A DNA stretch of 64,000 bases from Iphione sp. A-MEVVRFRX5. Its lineage: Eukaryota. Below are positions 24,303 through 38,367 of this stretch, one piece after another; positions within the stretch are counted from its first letter, which is position 1, and each line of letters begins with the position of its first letter. The DNA is taken from assembly GCA_976226885.1 (NCBI GenBank), contig OZ320319.1:78368001-78432000 (forward strand). Direction: 5' to 3'. The notes below the pieces were generated by a model. That model was not told where the DNA came from. It did no database searches and was given only the letters and a program-made list of their open reading frames with translations. The position numbers and the translations under genes were made by a program.

Positions 24303-27300
24303 AGCATTAATAGGGTTCATCACACTGCCCTTGTTGTTCAATGTGAGGCATTCTCTCAGGCGTCCGCAAAAAGGAAGGTTCCAAATGAAATCGTGCTAGA
24401 TCGGAGCGGAGGGCAAGACTTGTGAATTCCACTATCTACTGTACCGATGTATAAGCAAGGGAGTGCCATACACACTGCTTGAAGTCTGGAAGCGGTTAAG
24501 GCAATTGAAATTGTCTGCATAGTTACCCGGATCTGACATGTCTGTCAGTTCGGTCGTGTTCTGGGGGACCTGGGGGGAAAAACCACCTGCAGACTTGATG
24601 TATCGGGAGAGTAGAGCCTTCGAATGGGGGGGGGGGGGGGGGGCTAAGTGGGGCGGTTTCTCATGGCAAGACCTGCTGACCGGGAGGCCACATTGTTCCC
24701 GGCGCCAAGCTAATAATGCAACCCACTTCGGTGTCTTGCATTGTATAGTATTTCAAAGTGTGTTTTTCCATGACAAATAAGTACGTGAATCATAACTTCT
24801 GTTTTACAATAATATCACAGGCGGGGAGCGCCCTGGTATGTTACCAACAGAACCTTTCACCTCAAAAGCAAACAGCTTCTACACAGGGAAAGTGTTCTTT
24901 CCGAAATGGTTGCAGATGCTTTGTGTCAGATTCTATATGAAGACAAACTAAAGACACATATGCAGTATATTTTGCATATATATGCATTCGCGTGTGTCTA
25001 TGTCTACGTACACATGCACGGTAAATCTTCACTTAGGGGCACACCCTTGGTTCCAAGGGAAAATGTCCCCATTTAGGGAATGTCCCCAGTTCTAAGCTAT
25101 TTTTAAAAAAACTACATGTATACATAAAATGCTTGGTTCTAGCAAAATTCGTCCCAATTTAAAAGGTGGCCCTTGTTCGGGAGTGTCCCAGCACCGTGGC
25201 TGTACTGTATAATATACATCTACGTGTATACACATGTACGTTTTGCGTTATCAGTTACCTCATAAACACATGAAAATGACAACTGATCACTAAGAGCTTG
25301 TTAACATCACCACAGGTGTCACTTATGCCTGTTCCCAGCTACATGTATGCAGTCACTCCCCAGCCCTTCTGACACACACAAAAAAGAAGCCTGATGAGAG
25401 CAGCTCGATCTCCTCCATGCGAGCACTTTCATGAGCACGATATGAGCTGCTCTTCTCACTGACGACCGGCGCTGACCGACAAGCTAGGTCAACCAACTCG
25501 CCATCGTGACATGTACCCACCCTGACAATGATGTATGAAGCTACCACCCACCCCACCCACCCAGCCACCCACCCATCCACCCAGCCATCCACCCACCCAC
25601 CCACCCACCAAACTTCATCTACACACGTACTGGCTGGAGTGTTTCGTCCATCGTGCAGCACTGGGTGTTTCCATACAACAGCGGCGACAAATGGTCAGAC
25701 ATTGCACGGGCCGCACTGCGGAGGTCATTGTTGGCGCTTTCTCTTCATTGTCACTTTACATACTAACATGCACGGAGACGTGGGTGGATAACCTGATCTT
25801 TTTTAAATCAATTTTTAATATCAGTCAAACCTCAGACTGGCAGGGGAGCAGAACAGAGGGTCGTATTTCACTAACATTTTCTCTTGGCTGTTGAAATTTT
25901 TTTTGTCCACGATGTTACAGTTTAATGGAGTAAAAGGCCAGAAGCCCAGTGCTACCCTGTTGGTGACGAACAAAAACAAGTCGACCAGAAATCCACCTAC
26001 TCATTCGTTTGTTAATATTTCTGAGCCATTGAGTATACATGGGGGTGCCACGAGCGATCTTTTATAGATTCACCTCGTGATATGGCGAGCGCTGCTGCCA
26101 ACAAGGCAGTGGTGGTAGAGATATGTGGGTACAGCTAGATTATTCCCAGCGGCGTAACAGAAAGCGAGTCTGTGGGGGGGGGGGGGGGGGACGCACGAGG
26201 CAGTCCTCACACTCTGTACAAACAAGCCACCGTTACGTATTAACTCGCAGCTTTGCCATCAGTCGCAGACATGGCAGACGGGGTGGGGGGGGGGGGGGAT
26301 CATAAATCCAACAAAAAATTGTCAAATAATCAATCACGTGACAGCTGACGTCAAACCAGGGACGCAGCAGCCATAACCGGGCTTGAAGATGTCAGTCGTT
26401 TTGGCAAGAGCCTCGTTGGGCGAATGATATAATGTATTCATATGCGGCTCTTTGTGTGAATGAAAGATGTACTGCACGGACCTCGTGGATCTTTCTTCTT
26501 ATAAAAGTCTGTCGTAGGATCTTATCCCCCCCCCCCACTTTTAGTAACACCGGGGAAAAAATAGATTCATGAAATTATTCTGACATCAACAATATTTACT
26601 CGTACCACTCACTCTTTATGTAAATGCATACCGGTACGTGATAACTCGTGACGGTGAACTGGCCTTGAGTAAAATGTTGGACGCCAGAGCTGAAGTTCAT
26701 ATACGTGTGCTTACATATTTGGGCGGGTTACGAGTATCGACAGGGTGGTTAAGTGCATCGCCTCATATCTGTCGTGGGAGTCGAGCGCCGGGCTCGGCTA
26801 TCAAAATTTCGTGACCTATCTCACAGAAGAAGGCCAATATATTGACGCGAGAGCCAACTTCCTCAAAATTGGTGCGACTATCTCTACTGAATCAAGCGAA
26901 ATTGCAGCGTCCATCTCTCCCTTGGGGGTGGGGGGTGGGGTGGACATGTTTGCCTCTGTAGGCCCTATATGCTCAACTAAAACCGGGTTAAAACCTTAAC
27001 CGACCGAGTCTTGGGCTTTTTCTCAGCGACCCGTTCCACGTCGACTCTTTTGGGGATTTTTTTCCCCCCTTTAGGAAGATCTGCACTTTTGCTGAATGTG
27101 TACATGATTCGCTGTTCAAGTGCGCACACCCAGGCCCTGCAACCCTCTCCTGATTTACGCCGCGTGGGAATAGACTGTGCTAAGTTGGAAATAATGCAGG
27201 GCGGAGGCTGGGAAACTGCTGGGGAAACTGCAGGGACCTATCATACCCTATACTCGGAGACCACAAAAAACTACTTTGGCTGATTTCACATGCGCATGTT

Positions 27301-29672
27301 AGTTACGCTAACGGATCCATTGATGCGATTGTGTAACAAGCCGAACCAAGGCTTTCAGTTCCTGTCCTCACATGCGCATGTTAGCGTAACTTACAGATCC
27401 GTTTGCGTTTCTCTAACACGTCCAGGATGGGTTATAATGCAAATGGATGCGATATCCCATAGAGAAACACTGCAAGAGGACACTTGGTATTATATCATCA
27501 TCATTTAAATCAACTAGTCACCTAAAATCGGTACATGCATATATTATTGGGGAGAGATAGAGATGAAGTGGCACACGCAAACATAAGAGATACACAGAAC
27601 GAGACTGCAGACTGATTCTGACATCCGCGCTGTATGTATTCATCATTTTCGGCTGATTCTTCCGCGGCTCGGGCGCGATGCTGTAATAGCAGCGTGCACG
27701 TACAAATATAATCTAACGAAAAAAAAAATCATCCACTAATAAAGTCGAGAGGGTGACATCAACAATCATGACCTGGGCAGGCTGCACGGACCTATTTGCC
27801 AGCAAACCCTCCCGTCAAACTAAAAACCGCCGACTGTGTGGCCTGTGTAGATCTGGGCGTCAGATAATGTTGTCCACTCGACAAGCGGGAGGTGGTTGGT
27901 CGCTCACTCACGCCAATAGATCTGACCGCTCTATGTAATAAAGGCCCGTTGTGTTGGGCAAACTAATGCCAAGGACCCCGCGCTCGAATATCAGCCCATT
28001 CGGCTCTAGTCGTGTGAAGTCTGGGTGCATCTTGGACGTATATATACATTGTATATGTATAGGGGGACTATGTGTGACGTTAGGATTTCCCCTGCTTTGG
28101 GATGTGTATAAGCAGCTTTGGCTTATATACGTATGAGCAATTGAGGTTAATCTGATCCTCGGCGATCCGATTATTGTAGACAATCTGGCCACAACATTCC
28201 ACAAACTGGTTTGCATATGATCTGTGGTAACCTATGCAATCATCTACCCATCTTTACCTTGGGGGAAAAAACTCAACTATGAGAGCCAGGTGCACATGGG
28301 GAAGAGGGGTGTGTGTGATGGTTACTCTCTATGTGTGTAGTNNNNNNNNNNNNNNNNNNNNNNNNNNNNNNNNNNNNNNNNNNNNNNNNNNNNNNNNNNN
28401 NNNNNNNNNNNNNNNNNNNNNNNNNNNNNNNNNNNNNNNNNNNNNNNNNNNNNNNNNNNNNNNNNNNNNNNNNNNNNNNNNNNNNNNNNNNNNNNNNNNN
28501 NNNNNNNNNNACGCAAGTACAGGTAACATCTGTGGACAGGAAGGAAGGGAACACAGTTGTAAACATACACATATGGTATGCATGTACATGTATAAGGAAA
28601 CGAACAGAGAGGCCATATATAAAATATGTAAGTGATACATGTAAATTAAAACAAAACATTTTATATATATATTAAATATATATAAATCGCCCTTATCAGG
28701 GCAGCTGCAGCACTTTGAACTGTAAACTGCAGACTGCCAGTCTGCTTTTCAATAGAGCCCTGCCGCGCGCCAGGTCTACCCCGGGCTGTGTCGGGCTGCG
28801 GGCGGGCGGGCGGGTGGGTGGGTGGGTGGTCTGGGGCGGCGCCGGCGGTGGCGGCGGCGACCAGCTGCAGGGTCACACCGACGGTGATGTTCATGTGAGG
28901 CCCGGCCTGAGCAGGCGAGGTCATGTCGGCAAGCCACTCCGATCAATAATGCACGGCCAAGCAGCGCCCCTGCAGCCAGGTTGGGTAGCCCCTCCCCCCC
29001 CCACCTCCCTCTTCAGCTCCAGCCTCCCATCCCCCCCACCTCCTTTCCTCCTCCCAGTCCCGACCCCTTCAGGCTACTGGAGCATGGAGCGTTCGCCTGC
29101 AAGCTGACCAGTCGAGATCATCGAGCCACTCGTACCTGTCTCCTTAACCTTATACTACAACGGTGACTACGACCGCTCCTAGTATGGCCCTCTCGAACAC
29201 AGCAGTTCTCCACCAAGCCGGCTGAGTATAGTAAAATATAACATGAAGTGGTCATTACTCAGTGTAGGCGTACTCACCGACGTGCGCGCGGACATGAATT
29301 CGCACTATAACATGTACATGGACGTGAGCTGCCCATATGTGCATATTCTTTAAAGGTGCACCTTGATGCATGTACCTTTTATATTTGTACATGTGCGTGG
29401 ATGCCTGTCATACGCACACTTACACATAATATTTTACTATGAACGCGTTTCCCCATTTATGAGGTACCACGCAGGACCAACCTGCCTCACAAGAAGCAGG
29501 AATGTCTGAATAATTTAGTTGTTTCCGACGTACACGACCGTTAATGAGACAAGAGAAAAAGCGATGCTTGCCGATAGGGCTTGAGTTAATTAAACCAGCT
29601 CAGCAGATATGAGAACACTTAATACCACGTCCCTCTGTGGCTGGTGTCTCGTGGGGCGTGCCAGTGTGTGTG

Positions 29673-29704
<32 letters not shown>

Positions 29705-30084
29705 TGCCGCCCCCCCCCCCTTGCGCCCTGCTTTTTACACTACTCTTATAAAACGGCTGCCGGAAGTAGTCTCCATGCATTGTGATCACTGCGCATGCCT
29801 GAAACCTACCCATCCAATGAGTGTGCTGCTTACAAAGAGGGTTTGGGGTTTACTAGTGACCGGCCTTAATTGACACCAGCCACCACCACCACGGGTGTAG
29901 ACCCANNNNNNNNNNNNNNNNNNNNNNNNNNNNNNNNNNNNNNNNNNNNNNNNNNNNNNNNNNNNNNNNNNNNNNNNNNNNNNNNNNNNNNNNNNNNNNN
30001 NNNNNNNNNNNNNNNNNNNNNNNNNNNNNNNNNNNNNNNNNNNNNNNNNNNNNNNNNNNNNNNNNNNNNNNNACACTCCCTCCC

Positions 30085-30107
30085 GTGCAAGTGCCGAAGG
30101 CGCTTGT
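30085..30107. repeat. Dispersed terminal hairpin GTGCAAGTGCC-GAA-GGCGCTTGT (copy 2 of 3)
   Basis: Matches 805-827 and 31801-31823. Confidence 0.75.
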
Positions 30108-31617
30108 AACGGTCTAAAACTACAGGCGGGATATACGCCTCTCCTCGCCAGCCTGACCACCCACCACTACAGCAGTCTCCACCACCCCCGTCCTCCTCCC
30201 TTGAGAATCACCCTGGCGAGCAGCTCCTCTCCTTAAGCTAATTAACCGCGAGAGCAGTTCAATCTCGAGCAGCTCGGGAGCACGCTGCTCTTGGGCGCGC
30301 AGTCGCCGAGGGAGACGCGGGGAGCCCGCAGATGAATGCGGCATGCACAATGATGGCGGCGGTGGTGGATGTATTCTGATGGAAAGCCGCGGCCTTCTCC
30401 TTCAAAAGGCTCTGAAAGCTTTATACATATGGCACCGCTGAGTAGCTCTAGTAGTGGTCGCCGCGTGCTTCCACGGGTGATGCTCGGAGGGGAGCACATC
30501 AAAAAGAGCAGCTCTTTTTCTTCCCTTCTACCAGCACGCCAAATCGACATGCCGTTTTCTTCCTCTTTCCCTTTGAAGGGAGAGACCCCCTCCGCTCCTA
30601 GACCACAAGGGTGTCATTGTCTCAGAAAGGAAAACATATTCACAAGTCACAATGTTTTTGCCGCGCTGATGCAACAACAAGGATAGATCTGCACATTTAA
30701 ACAGGATCTCTGATCCATATATAGACAGTTCGGTCACAAAATTTTACAGCCATATAAATGGGGAGAGGGAACATATATCTTGAGTATAAGTACCAAGTAT
30801 TTCACTGTTCTGTGAAATGATGTAGTGATCTAATAAAAACGCTGAATGACATCAGCTTCTTTCCCTACCAAATGGACTAATGGAAAAGCTTTAATAATTA
30901 CGAATTACACTGGGCTTTTTATCATTTTGTTTTATCGCAGGACAAAACCCGCGGTCGTTATAGACCACTCCACAACAGTTCCGCTGTAAGATGTATAGGG
31001 CGGGTGTTCGTCTGGCCGTAGAATGGCCGGAAATGAGCCTATATTTTACCAACCCAGAAAGATTACATATATCTGTGCACGTATATATAATGTATATATA
31101 TTACTGCAGTCTAAACTTTCCACTGTACAATAGTAGCAGCTTTAGAATGTACAGGTTACGTCTTTAGCATCCATCCCCCGAGGCTGTAAAACTGTCGACA
31201 TTCTTTTCAAACTGAAACAGATACAAAACTGAATGAGTTCATTGTTGTATCCCTGAAGTGCATACGTCCCGGTATGGCTGTATCCTCGGGGATACACGCA
31301 TCTTTAAGACTTGTTACCCTCCCTCTTTTAAAACGGCTGCCGGAAGTCGGCTGGAAATAGATCTGTCAAGCAGTTCCTTCCTTCCCTATGACAAATTTAG
31401 TTATTTTTGTATTCATGGCCTTTACAGAAGTATCTTTTAGAAAGACTTACATTACAAAACTCTAAAACATTAATAAAATGCAGCATTAAGAAAAAGAACT
31501 TGGGAGAGAGGCACTATTTTCTTGGCTTAGTGATATTGTCCCACTTATACATCTGGGTGACATCCTGCTACCCCCAGCCACTGCGTGTCTGCAAAGAGCG
31601 TCTAAGTAGTTACATAA

Positions 31618-31823
31618 CAGGCGCGCTTTCCCCGGCCCTCACAGGGGGGGTCAGGGGGTACCCAATAACGTTTCACCAGCAATTCAGATCACCTGTAACG
31701 CTTGAAGAAAGGCCAAATAACGCTTCACCAAGAAGTAATTCTTGGATAACGCTTCACCAGTAGTAGTTTCATAATGCATAACGCTTTATTTAGACTATGA
31801 GTGCAAGCGCCGAAGGCGCTTGT
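31618..31823. mobile_element. Non-autonomous element remnant with five TAACGCTT(CACCA) subrepeats ending in the CAAGCGCC-GAA-GGCGCTTG hairpin (copy 3)
   Basis: Subrepeats at 31666, 31696, 31718, 31747, 31779; perfect 8-bp hairpin within 31801-31823. Confidence 0.55.
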
Positions 31824-33300
31824 TCTCCTTTTAAAAAGGATACCTTCGTCTAGACTGCGTCACGACGCTTGAACTGTGTTCTCACTGTACAGTGGACCGC
31901 TCTCTCTATATGTTGCTCGTAAAGCACAGATGCTTGAGTCCCGAGCGCGAGCCCCTTTCATATCATCCGTGCTCAGCTACCACTCAACTCAAATGGTTCT
32001 TGATTGTTCGTAATTTTCCACCAGTTCTTTTGTGTGTGTGGGTTTTTTTCCTTAGACCGACTACCTACTCTTTACTCACTCGTGCATTCGCCAAACCGCT
32101 ACTGCTACCAGTGGAGAGTTCCACATGGTATGCATTACTTCCTGTTGCACCTAAACTCTATGTATATCTGTCACTTTTTTATTGAAAGGTTTACATGCTT
32201 GGAAGAAGATTTTATTTTATATTACAGAATTATGATAACTAAATAGGTGAAACTACCTTTAGATTAAGTGTTTACATGTAAACTCTTGTTTGTTTCTTTA
32301 AAGCAAGCCTAACATTCTTAAGGAAAATATGTGCTAGCTCCCCTATTATCACTCATTCTTCATTTCTATAGTATTTTTGGAAAATAGACAACTTTAGAGA
32401 GGCTTGTGATTTTCTTCTTAACTATTTTTGTTTTGTTAATGAATTGATAAATGAAATACAGATAAAAGATTTAATTGTCACAGGTTATTTACACATAAAA
32501 TTAGCCCTGACAACTCTTTGTTTGACATAGAAACGGAAGTGTTGCATACCATGTATTGCTGCCTACTGGGATAGTACTGGTTTGGTCTATACATTGACAC
32601 AGCTGCTTCTCCGCAGCCGATCGCAAAGACTGGGAAAAGGTTTTGTTTGTTTTTTTTGTATAACCTTGCGCAGATAACACCATACGGAAGCAGGCAGCAG
32701 AGATAAAGAACCTTATTTGGCCACGTGGCAGGTGTTGTGTTTTTCTCTCTCTCTCTCTTTTTCTTTCTGATCTCGTTATGAAGACTTCAAACAGACTATG
32801 TTTAAGCCTAACCTGGCCTCGGAAATACTAGTGGTAGGCAGTGAACGCTAGAAGACATCAACACAAAGAAACTATAGTCTCTTCATTTTTGTGCGAATCG
32901 GAAGGTAGGAACCTCTCCTAGGTATAGGACATCTGTATCAACAGGTACTTTTTACGTTAAAAAAGAGAATGTGGCTGTTTTTTTAGCACTCTAGGTTGCT
33001 AAAGAAAATCTAAGGCCACATTAGATGCAGGATTTGTTTATTTGGATCTCTAGATCAAGTGTCACAGCAAAGCTGTTCGTCACGGTTCTAAGGTACGAGG
33101 TGATGTAAGGGCAAGCTCTTCTCCCATCAATCTTATTGATTTCCTTTCATTCGTGTACACTGTATACAGTGTATTTTTACTGGTCTCTGTTTTAGAGACG
33201 GTAACGGGACACGGTGATAAATGATTTAAAAGAATGCGTGAATATGTGTGCGTGCCAGTCATTCCGTCAGTACAGTGGTTAGTCAGCTAATCTATCTGGC

Positions 33301-33532
33301 TGTCAGTCAGTCAGTTAGTCAGTCAGTCAGTCAGTCAGCCAGTCTGTCAGTCAGGCAGTCAGTCAGATGGATAGTAGATTGGTCAGTCAGTCAGTCAGCC
33401 AGTCGGTCAGTCAGCCGGTCAGTACACTGGTCAGTCAGCCAGTCTGTCAGTCAGTCAGATGGTAAGTAGATTGGTCAGTCAGTCAGTCAGCCAGTCGGTC
33501 GGTCCGTCTGTCCGTCCGTCAGTTAGTCAGTC
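33301..33532. repeat. (CAGT)n degenerate microsatellite
   Basis: Direct reading. Confidence 0.9.
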
Positions 33533-34071
33533 AAGGATGCCGTGAATAACCCGTGTAGCCTTGTATTGTGCAGATGTATATGTGCGCAAGATGGATCAAG
33601 CAGATACCATCTTGAATGGTGTCTTATTGGGTATATAGACGGCCCACGTCCTAAGTGGTACACTATCGTGTGTGTATATGGCAGCTATAAAAAGATATAT
33701 ACGGAACTGAACCCTGGGCACCTACGCCAGATGAGCCTGTCCCAAAAGGCCACCGGGTGATGCACAGGGCTCCGTTTGCGTCGTCTTTAAGGGAAACCCC
33801 AGGAATCAATGCAACTATTGTCTTGCAGCCACGAGAAAAAAAAATGGGAGTCACCTCCTACTGGTCACGTTATGCCCTGCTCCCTCAGGGTAAGGACATC
33901 GACGAAAAAGACCAACAACGGAGGAAGCTCGAACTAAAAAGTCTTTCCTCTTGGCTTATCGTTCTCGCCGCCGTCACGTCAATGTTAAAAGGAACGGCAG
34001 CAGACACGCCACTGTGGTGCCTTAGATGTGTTCGGTTATAACGATCTCACACACAAATTCACTTCACACAG

Positions 34072-34157
34072 AGACACAGACACAGACACAGACACAGACA
34101 TAGACACAGACATAGACACAGACATAGACACAGACACACACACACACACACACACAC
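34072..34157. repeat. (GACACA)n/(CA)n compound microsatellite
   Basis: Direct reading. Confidence 0.9.
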
Positions 34158-35341
34158 GTACAAGGGAAGGTGGGCGCCACAGAAGCATTCAAGCTAACAA
34201 TGATGTCCCTGGTGCGATTATTACGTGAAGGTGATTCGGCCTGAAGAAAAGGCCATTCGACGCAGTTTACGAGCGTTTCCCCCTACGGGACAGTTAAAGA
34301 TGCAGCGCAATGAAGAACACTGACATTTTTGCTTGCAGCAGGAAAACCATAGTGCGCATAATGACTCCCCTTTGAAGATCTAGTGGGTACTGCAGCGAGC
34401 ATGGCAGCAGCGGCAGCCCTTCGAGGAGGACTCTGATCAATCGATCTGTATTTTGTGCCGACTTTTATCAGTAATTACCGTCTCCGAAAATGCGCGTCCC
34501 AAATTAAACCGGTGCGGAGTTTTAATGATCGCGCTCTCTTGTCAAAGAAGTGGCGACATGAACATCGGACTAATTCCAGAATGTTGTGACTGACGGTAAT
34601 TCTTTCACTATATACGAGACGACATACCAGGGCAATTTGCAATTGCAAAACCAATTAGAAAAAAGAAAGAAAGAAAAAAAATGAAAAGAAAGTCAGCCTA
34701 CAGTTCGTAGTTGCTGGTACTTACGGTAATTCTATTTTCCTATATGCCCCATAATTGAATGGTCTCATTGCGTCATGTTAGCCAGATCTCATACAGGACC
34801 AGATTCGTCAGTCCTTCGTCGGTCACTGAATGGAATGGGACCGTCAAGAACACCAACATCGCACCAGTAGTGAACCTGACACCCGGCAGAACCCTGTGGC
34901 NNNNNNNNNNNNNNNNNNNNNNNNNNNNNNNNNNNNNNNNNNNNNNNNNNNNNNNNNNNNNNNNNNNNNNNNNNNNNNNNNNNNNNNNNNNNNNNNNNNN
35001 NNNNNNNNNNNNNNNNNNNNNNNNNNNNNNNNNNNNNNNNNNNNNNNNNNNNNNNNNNNNNNNNNNNNNNNNNNNNNNNNNNNGACGTCAACACAAATGC
35101 TGGTTTTCAGCCGCAGCTGCTAACCTTGATTATACAACATTCTATATAAAATCTTGTAATGCAGTATAACATATATATCGATAGTTCAGATAGCATTCTA
35201 TACAAGTTATATGTTTAAGGAAAAGGAGATTTTGTTTAAGGGGAAGGAGATTGTTTACGGAAAAGAAGACTGTTGTCAGTAAGAAACTGGTGGGAAGTAC
35301 AATCTTGTATACTATTCCAGTGAAAACAAAGAAATAAAAAA

Positions 35342-35379
<38 letters not shown>

Positions 35380-37251
35380 TTCTACACCTCACGTAAACAT
35401 GTAGATGTACGCTCTAAAACCTGACTGTTAGTAAAGCAGGTGTGTTTTAAGTTAATGATCTGGGTGTAGGCAGGTCTCTTTGATGTAGGAGCACTCTATG
35501 TACATTTTGATCCCTTCCTATATATGCCATTATTAGATGTCAGTATACCTTATTAGAAAAGGGAGATATAGGTAATGTACTGGCTTCAACATCGTGATGG
35601 TTTTTTTTCTGCGACTAAGCATTGAAACAGAATTATACAGGTCCATTCAATACGGAAGTTAGAAGTGAATGTGAAAGTTTCAATGGTAATTTATATACAT
35701 GTAGTCCTCTAAAGCAGCCTATGTGAAATATAATGAAATACACTGTACTTTTTTGTTTTTCCTAGAAGCTCTACATTGAATTCTTTTCGTGTCAATTATT
35801 GGTTACTATTTCCTGTCAAGGGATGGACATTATATGTCTTACTTGGGGACAAAATTCTGCTGATCAAGAGTTCGGCAGCTTAAAGAAACCTTGTGACACA
35901 CACAGAAGAACTTACGATGAGAGGAGTCGTTGCCTTGTCGGAAGGTGACGAGGAAGACGTCAATATTTACAGGCCGACAGTTTACAGTTGTCCATATGCT
36001 TATTATCCTGTAGCAGGTGGTCCCAGGCAGGCTACGTCGGGCTTACATCCCTAACACTGCAGGGTTATAAGCGTCACATGCACACTCACACAGGGGGAGA
36101 GGCGTCAAGGAGTGGGGTGACATCTACTCCACGCAGATCACCAGCATGCACGGTGTGGCGCCAGTACGAGCCAGCTCTTTACCATCGAGCCAGCTGACAG
36201 CAGCCGGGCCGGCATCCCCCCTGACGCGGTGCAGGCCAAGAAGACTGGCGCTCTCCTACTGGCGTCAGGCTCGATCCCTGCCCGCCGGCTGTTGACGCTA
36301 CTGCTGCAGCTGCGGCATCCAGATGGGACCTGGGGACTCCCGCCCCCCTCGGCCTCCACCTCCCCCTCCTGTCTTCCTACCAGGCCAAAGCAGCAGCCCT
36401 CCGTCCGGGGCGGCGGGCGGGCGGTCGAACCGCCCGGTCTCCCCGACCGCCCACGCGGACGGGGCGGGCGGGCCGGGCTGCCCCGAGGACCCCAAGTCGA
36501 TGCACGGTTAACTCCTTTAAGTAGCAGTCGCCCCATAGGGCAAAGACAAGACGAAGTACATTAGGAAAAGAATAGGGATCCTGTTCTGAAGAGGGGCCGC
36601 TACGTATACGATCTGTCAACTCGACGAGCAGTGTCACTTCGTGCTGAGGTCTCGTCCGCCCTATAGTCTCCTCTGTATGTTATGTTCACTGATGTTGTGA
36701 TCTCCACTTCTGCAGTGGCTACACCATATGCGCCCTTGCTTTAGCGGGAAGGTCCTAAATGCACAGTGTGCGATGAGTGGGAGGGGAGGCGGTCTCGAAC
36801 TGTATCTATCCTGGCTGCTTTCCCACGTTCCTGTTTTCCTGTCTAGATTCTAGTGCTTGATGAATGGTGGATTTTGCGTTGTGCTCCAAAATGGCTATTG
36901 TGTGAGCACGTGTGGTCTATGTGCGTGCGTGCGTGCGTGCGCGCGCGAGTGTAAAGAACCTTCTGCTCATTCAGTTTGTTGTGCGTGCGTCATAATCGTG
37001 GGATTATAGTTCACCGCGATATGTATTACTTGTGTGCATTGTTTGCGTGTGTATGTGCGTGTGTGTGCGTGTGTGTATGTGCCTCTGCGTGTTAGTTTAT
37101 AAGGACAGCCGTGTATGCTATACCCTGTCCTCGTCGTTCTACCCCGTGAATGTCAGATAGATCCTGAGCCCGCGGTCCGAGTTGTTGTTGTTGTTCTTGT
37201 TGGTGTAGGTAGACAGGCGGGTAGAGAGCACGTCATAGTATTCCTGCTCAC

Positions 37252-37545
37252 CCACGTTAGCTAGAAGATGTGGCCCGAGCCTCCTACTCCTCTTCCTCTA
37301 ACGTCCTTATACACAGGTGTCCCAGTGGCAGAAGGCACCGGTCGCCGCCCGACGGTCCGCCCGCCCGACTGACCGACCGACCGACCGACCGTCGTGCGCC
37401 GCTCCTCAGGCCGCCCGCTCCATCGTTCCCCTCCTCTCTCTATAACCTCCTCACTCCGACTGTTTCGACCTGAGCGTCGTCCGCCAAACACACACAGACG
37501 CGCGCACACACACTCACTCGCCACCCGAGGCCGCTGCTGAGTGAC
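37252..37545 (-). other. Candidate non-coding alternative first exon
   Basis: CpG-rich segment with Inr-like TCACTC at 37544-37539, (CG)n/(CA)n tract just upstream, and donor TGG|GTGAGC at 37252/37251. Same strand as the gene at 2.8 kb. Confidence 0.3.
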
Positions 37546-38282
37546 GCCTGACACTCAGGTCGACGTTCTCCCTCGCAGCACTCTCATCCGGCGCACAGAC
37601 GGACGCGCGCGCGCGCACACACACACGCGCACATTCACACAGCTTTCATACGGCCAGCTTGACTGTTGTGATGCGGCGGTATGATGATGTTGATGTGATG
37701 CTGACCAAACAAAACTGGCCGTGATGGATGTGATATGATAATGATACAGACTGTGACAGGACATGCATCGACGCGCCCAAAACTGGCCACCAGAAAAGGT
37801 CTACACTGCAGGCCCTGCAGCACTCGGACGCTCCACTGTGAAAAGTCTGGGGGCTTTTTTTTTCATCCACCGAATGAAAATGAACGTGAGGACGAAAGAT
37901 AAATAAACGAACGCGAACGTCGGGACGCAAACAGTCCGCCCGTTCTCATCGGCTGCGACCAAACGCTGGTGCTACTTTATAAAAGTAGACGCCTACAAAA
38001 CACTCGGCTTCATCACAATAAAATCGAGTCGTTCTCTTCAGCGCAGCACCCCCCCCCCCCTGTCGGCGGGAGTCGTGGATACCCGTATAAACAAAGGCTT
38101 CAGTTTCAGCCGGACCAGCGTTCTGCTCCATCCGCGCCCAGGTGCTGTTTACAGAACCATATGGGAACGTGGTGAATTATTCCATCATAATACGAACGGG
38201 CGCCTGTGTGTGCTTCTAATTGCAATTGGTTTATTAACGTGTTGAGTTATTAAAACGCTGGGCCGTTGAGTCGGATCGCGCC

Positions 38283-38285
38283 CGC

Positions 38286-38364
<79 letters not shown>
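38283..38364. repeat. (CG)9(TG)32 alternating purine-pyrimidine tract
   Basis: Direct reading. Confidence 0.95.

Positions 38365-38367
<3 letters not shown>

Noticed and set aside
25017-25208. Possible Tc1/Tigger-like MITE
   Set aside because: Terminal repeats too degenerate (only CACGGT/ACCGTG and GGGACAC-like cores) to support boundaries.
31666-31790. CRISPR-like repeat-spacer pattern (also 22535-22615)
   Set aside because: Repeats only 8-13 nt, irregular spacing, eukaryotic context, no cas genes; better explained as transposon subterminal repeats.
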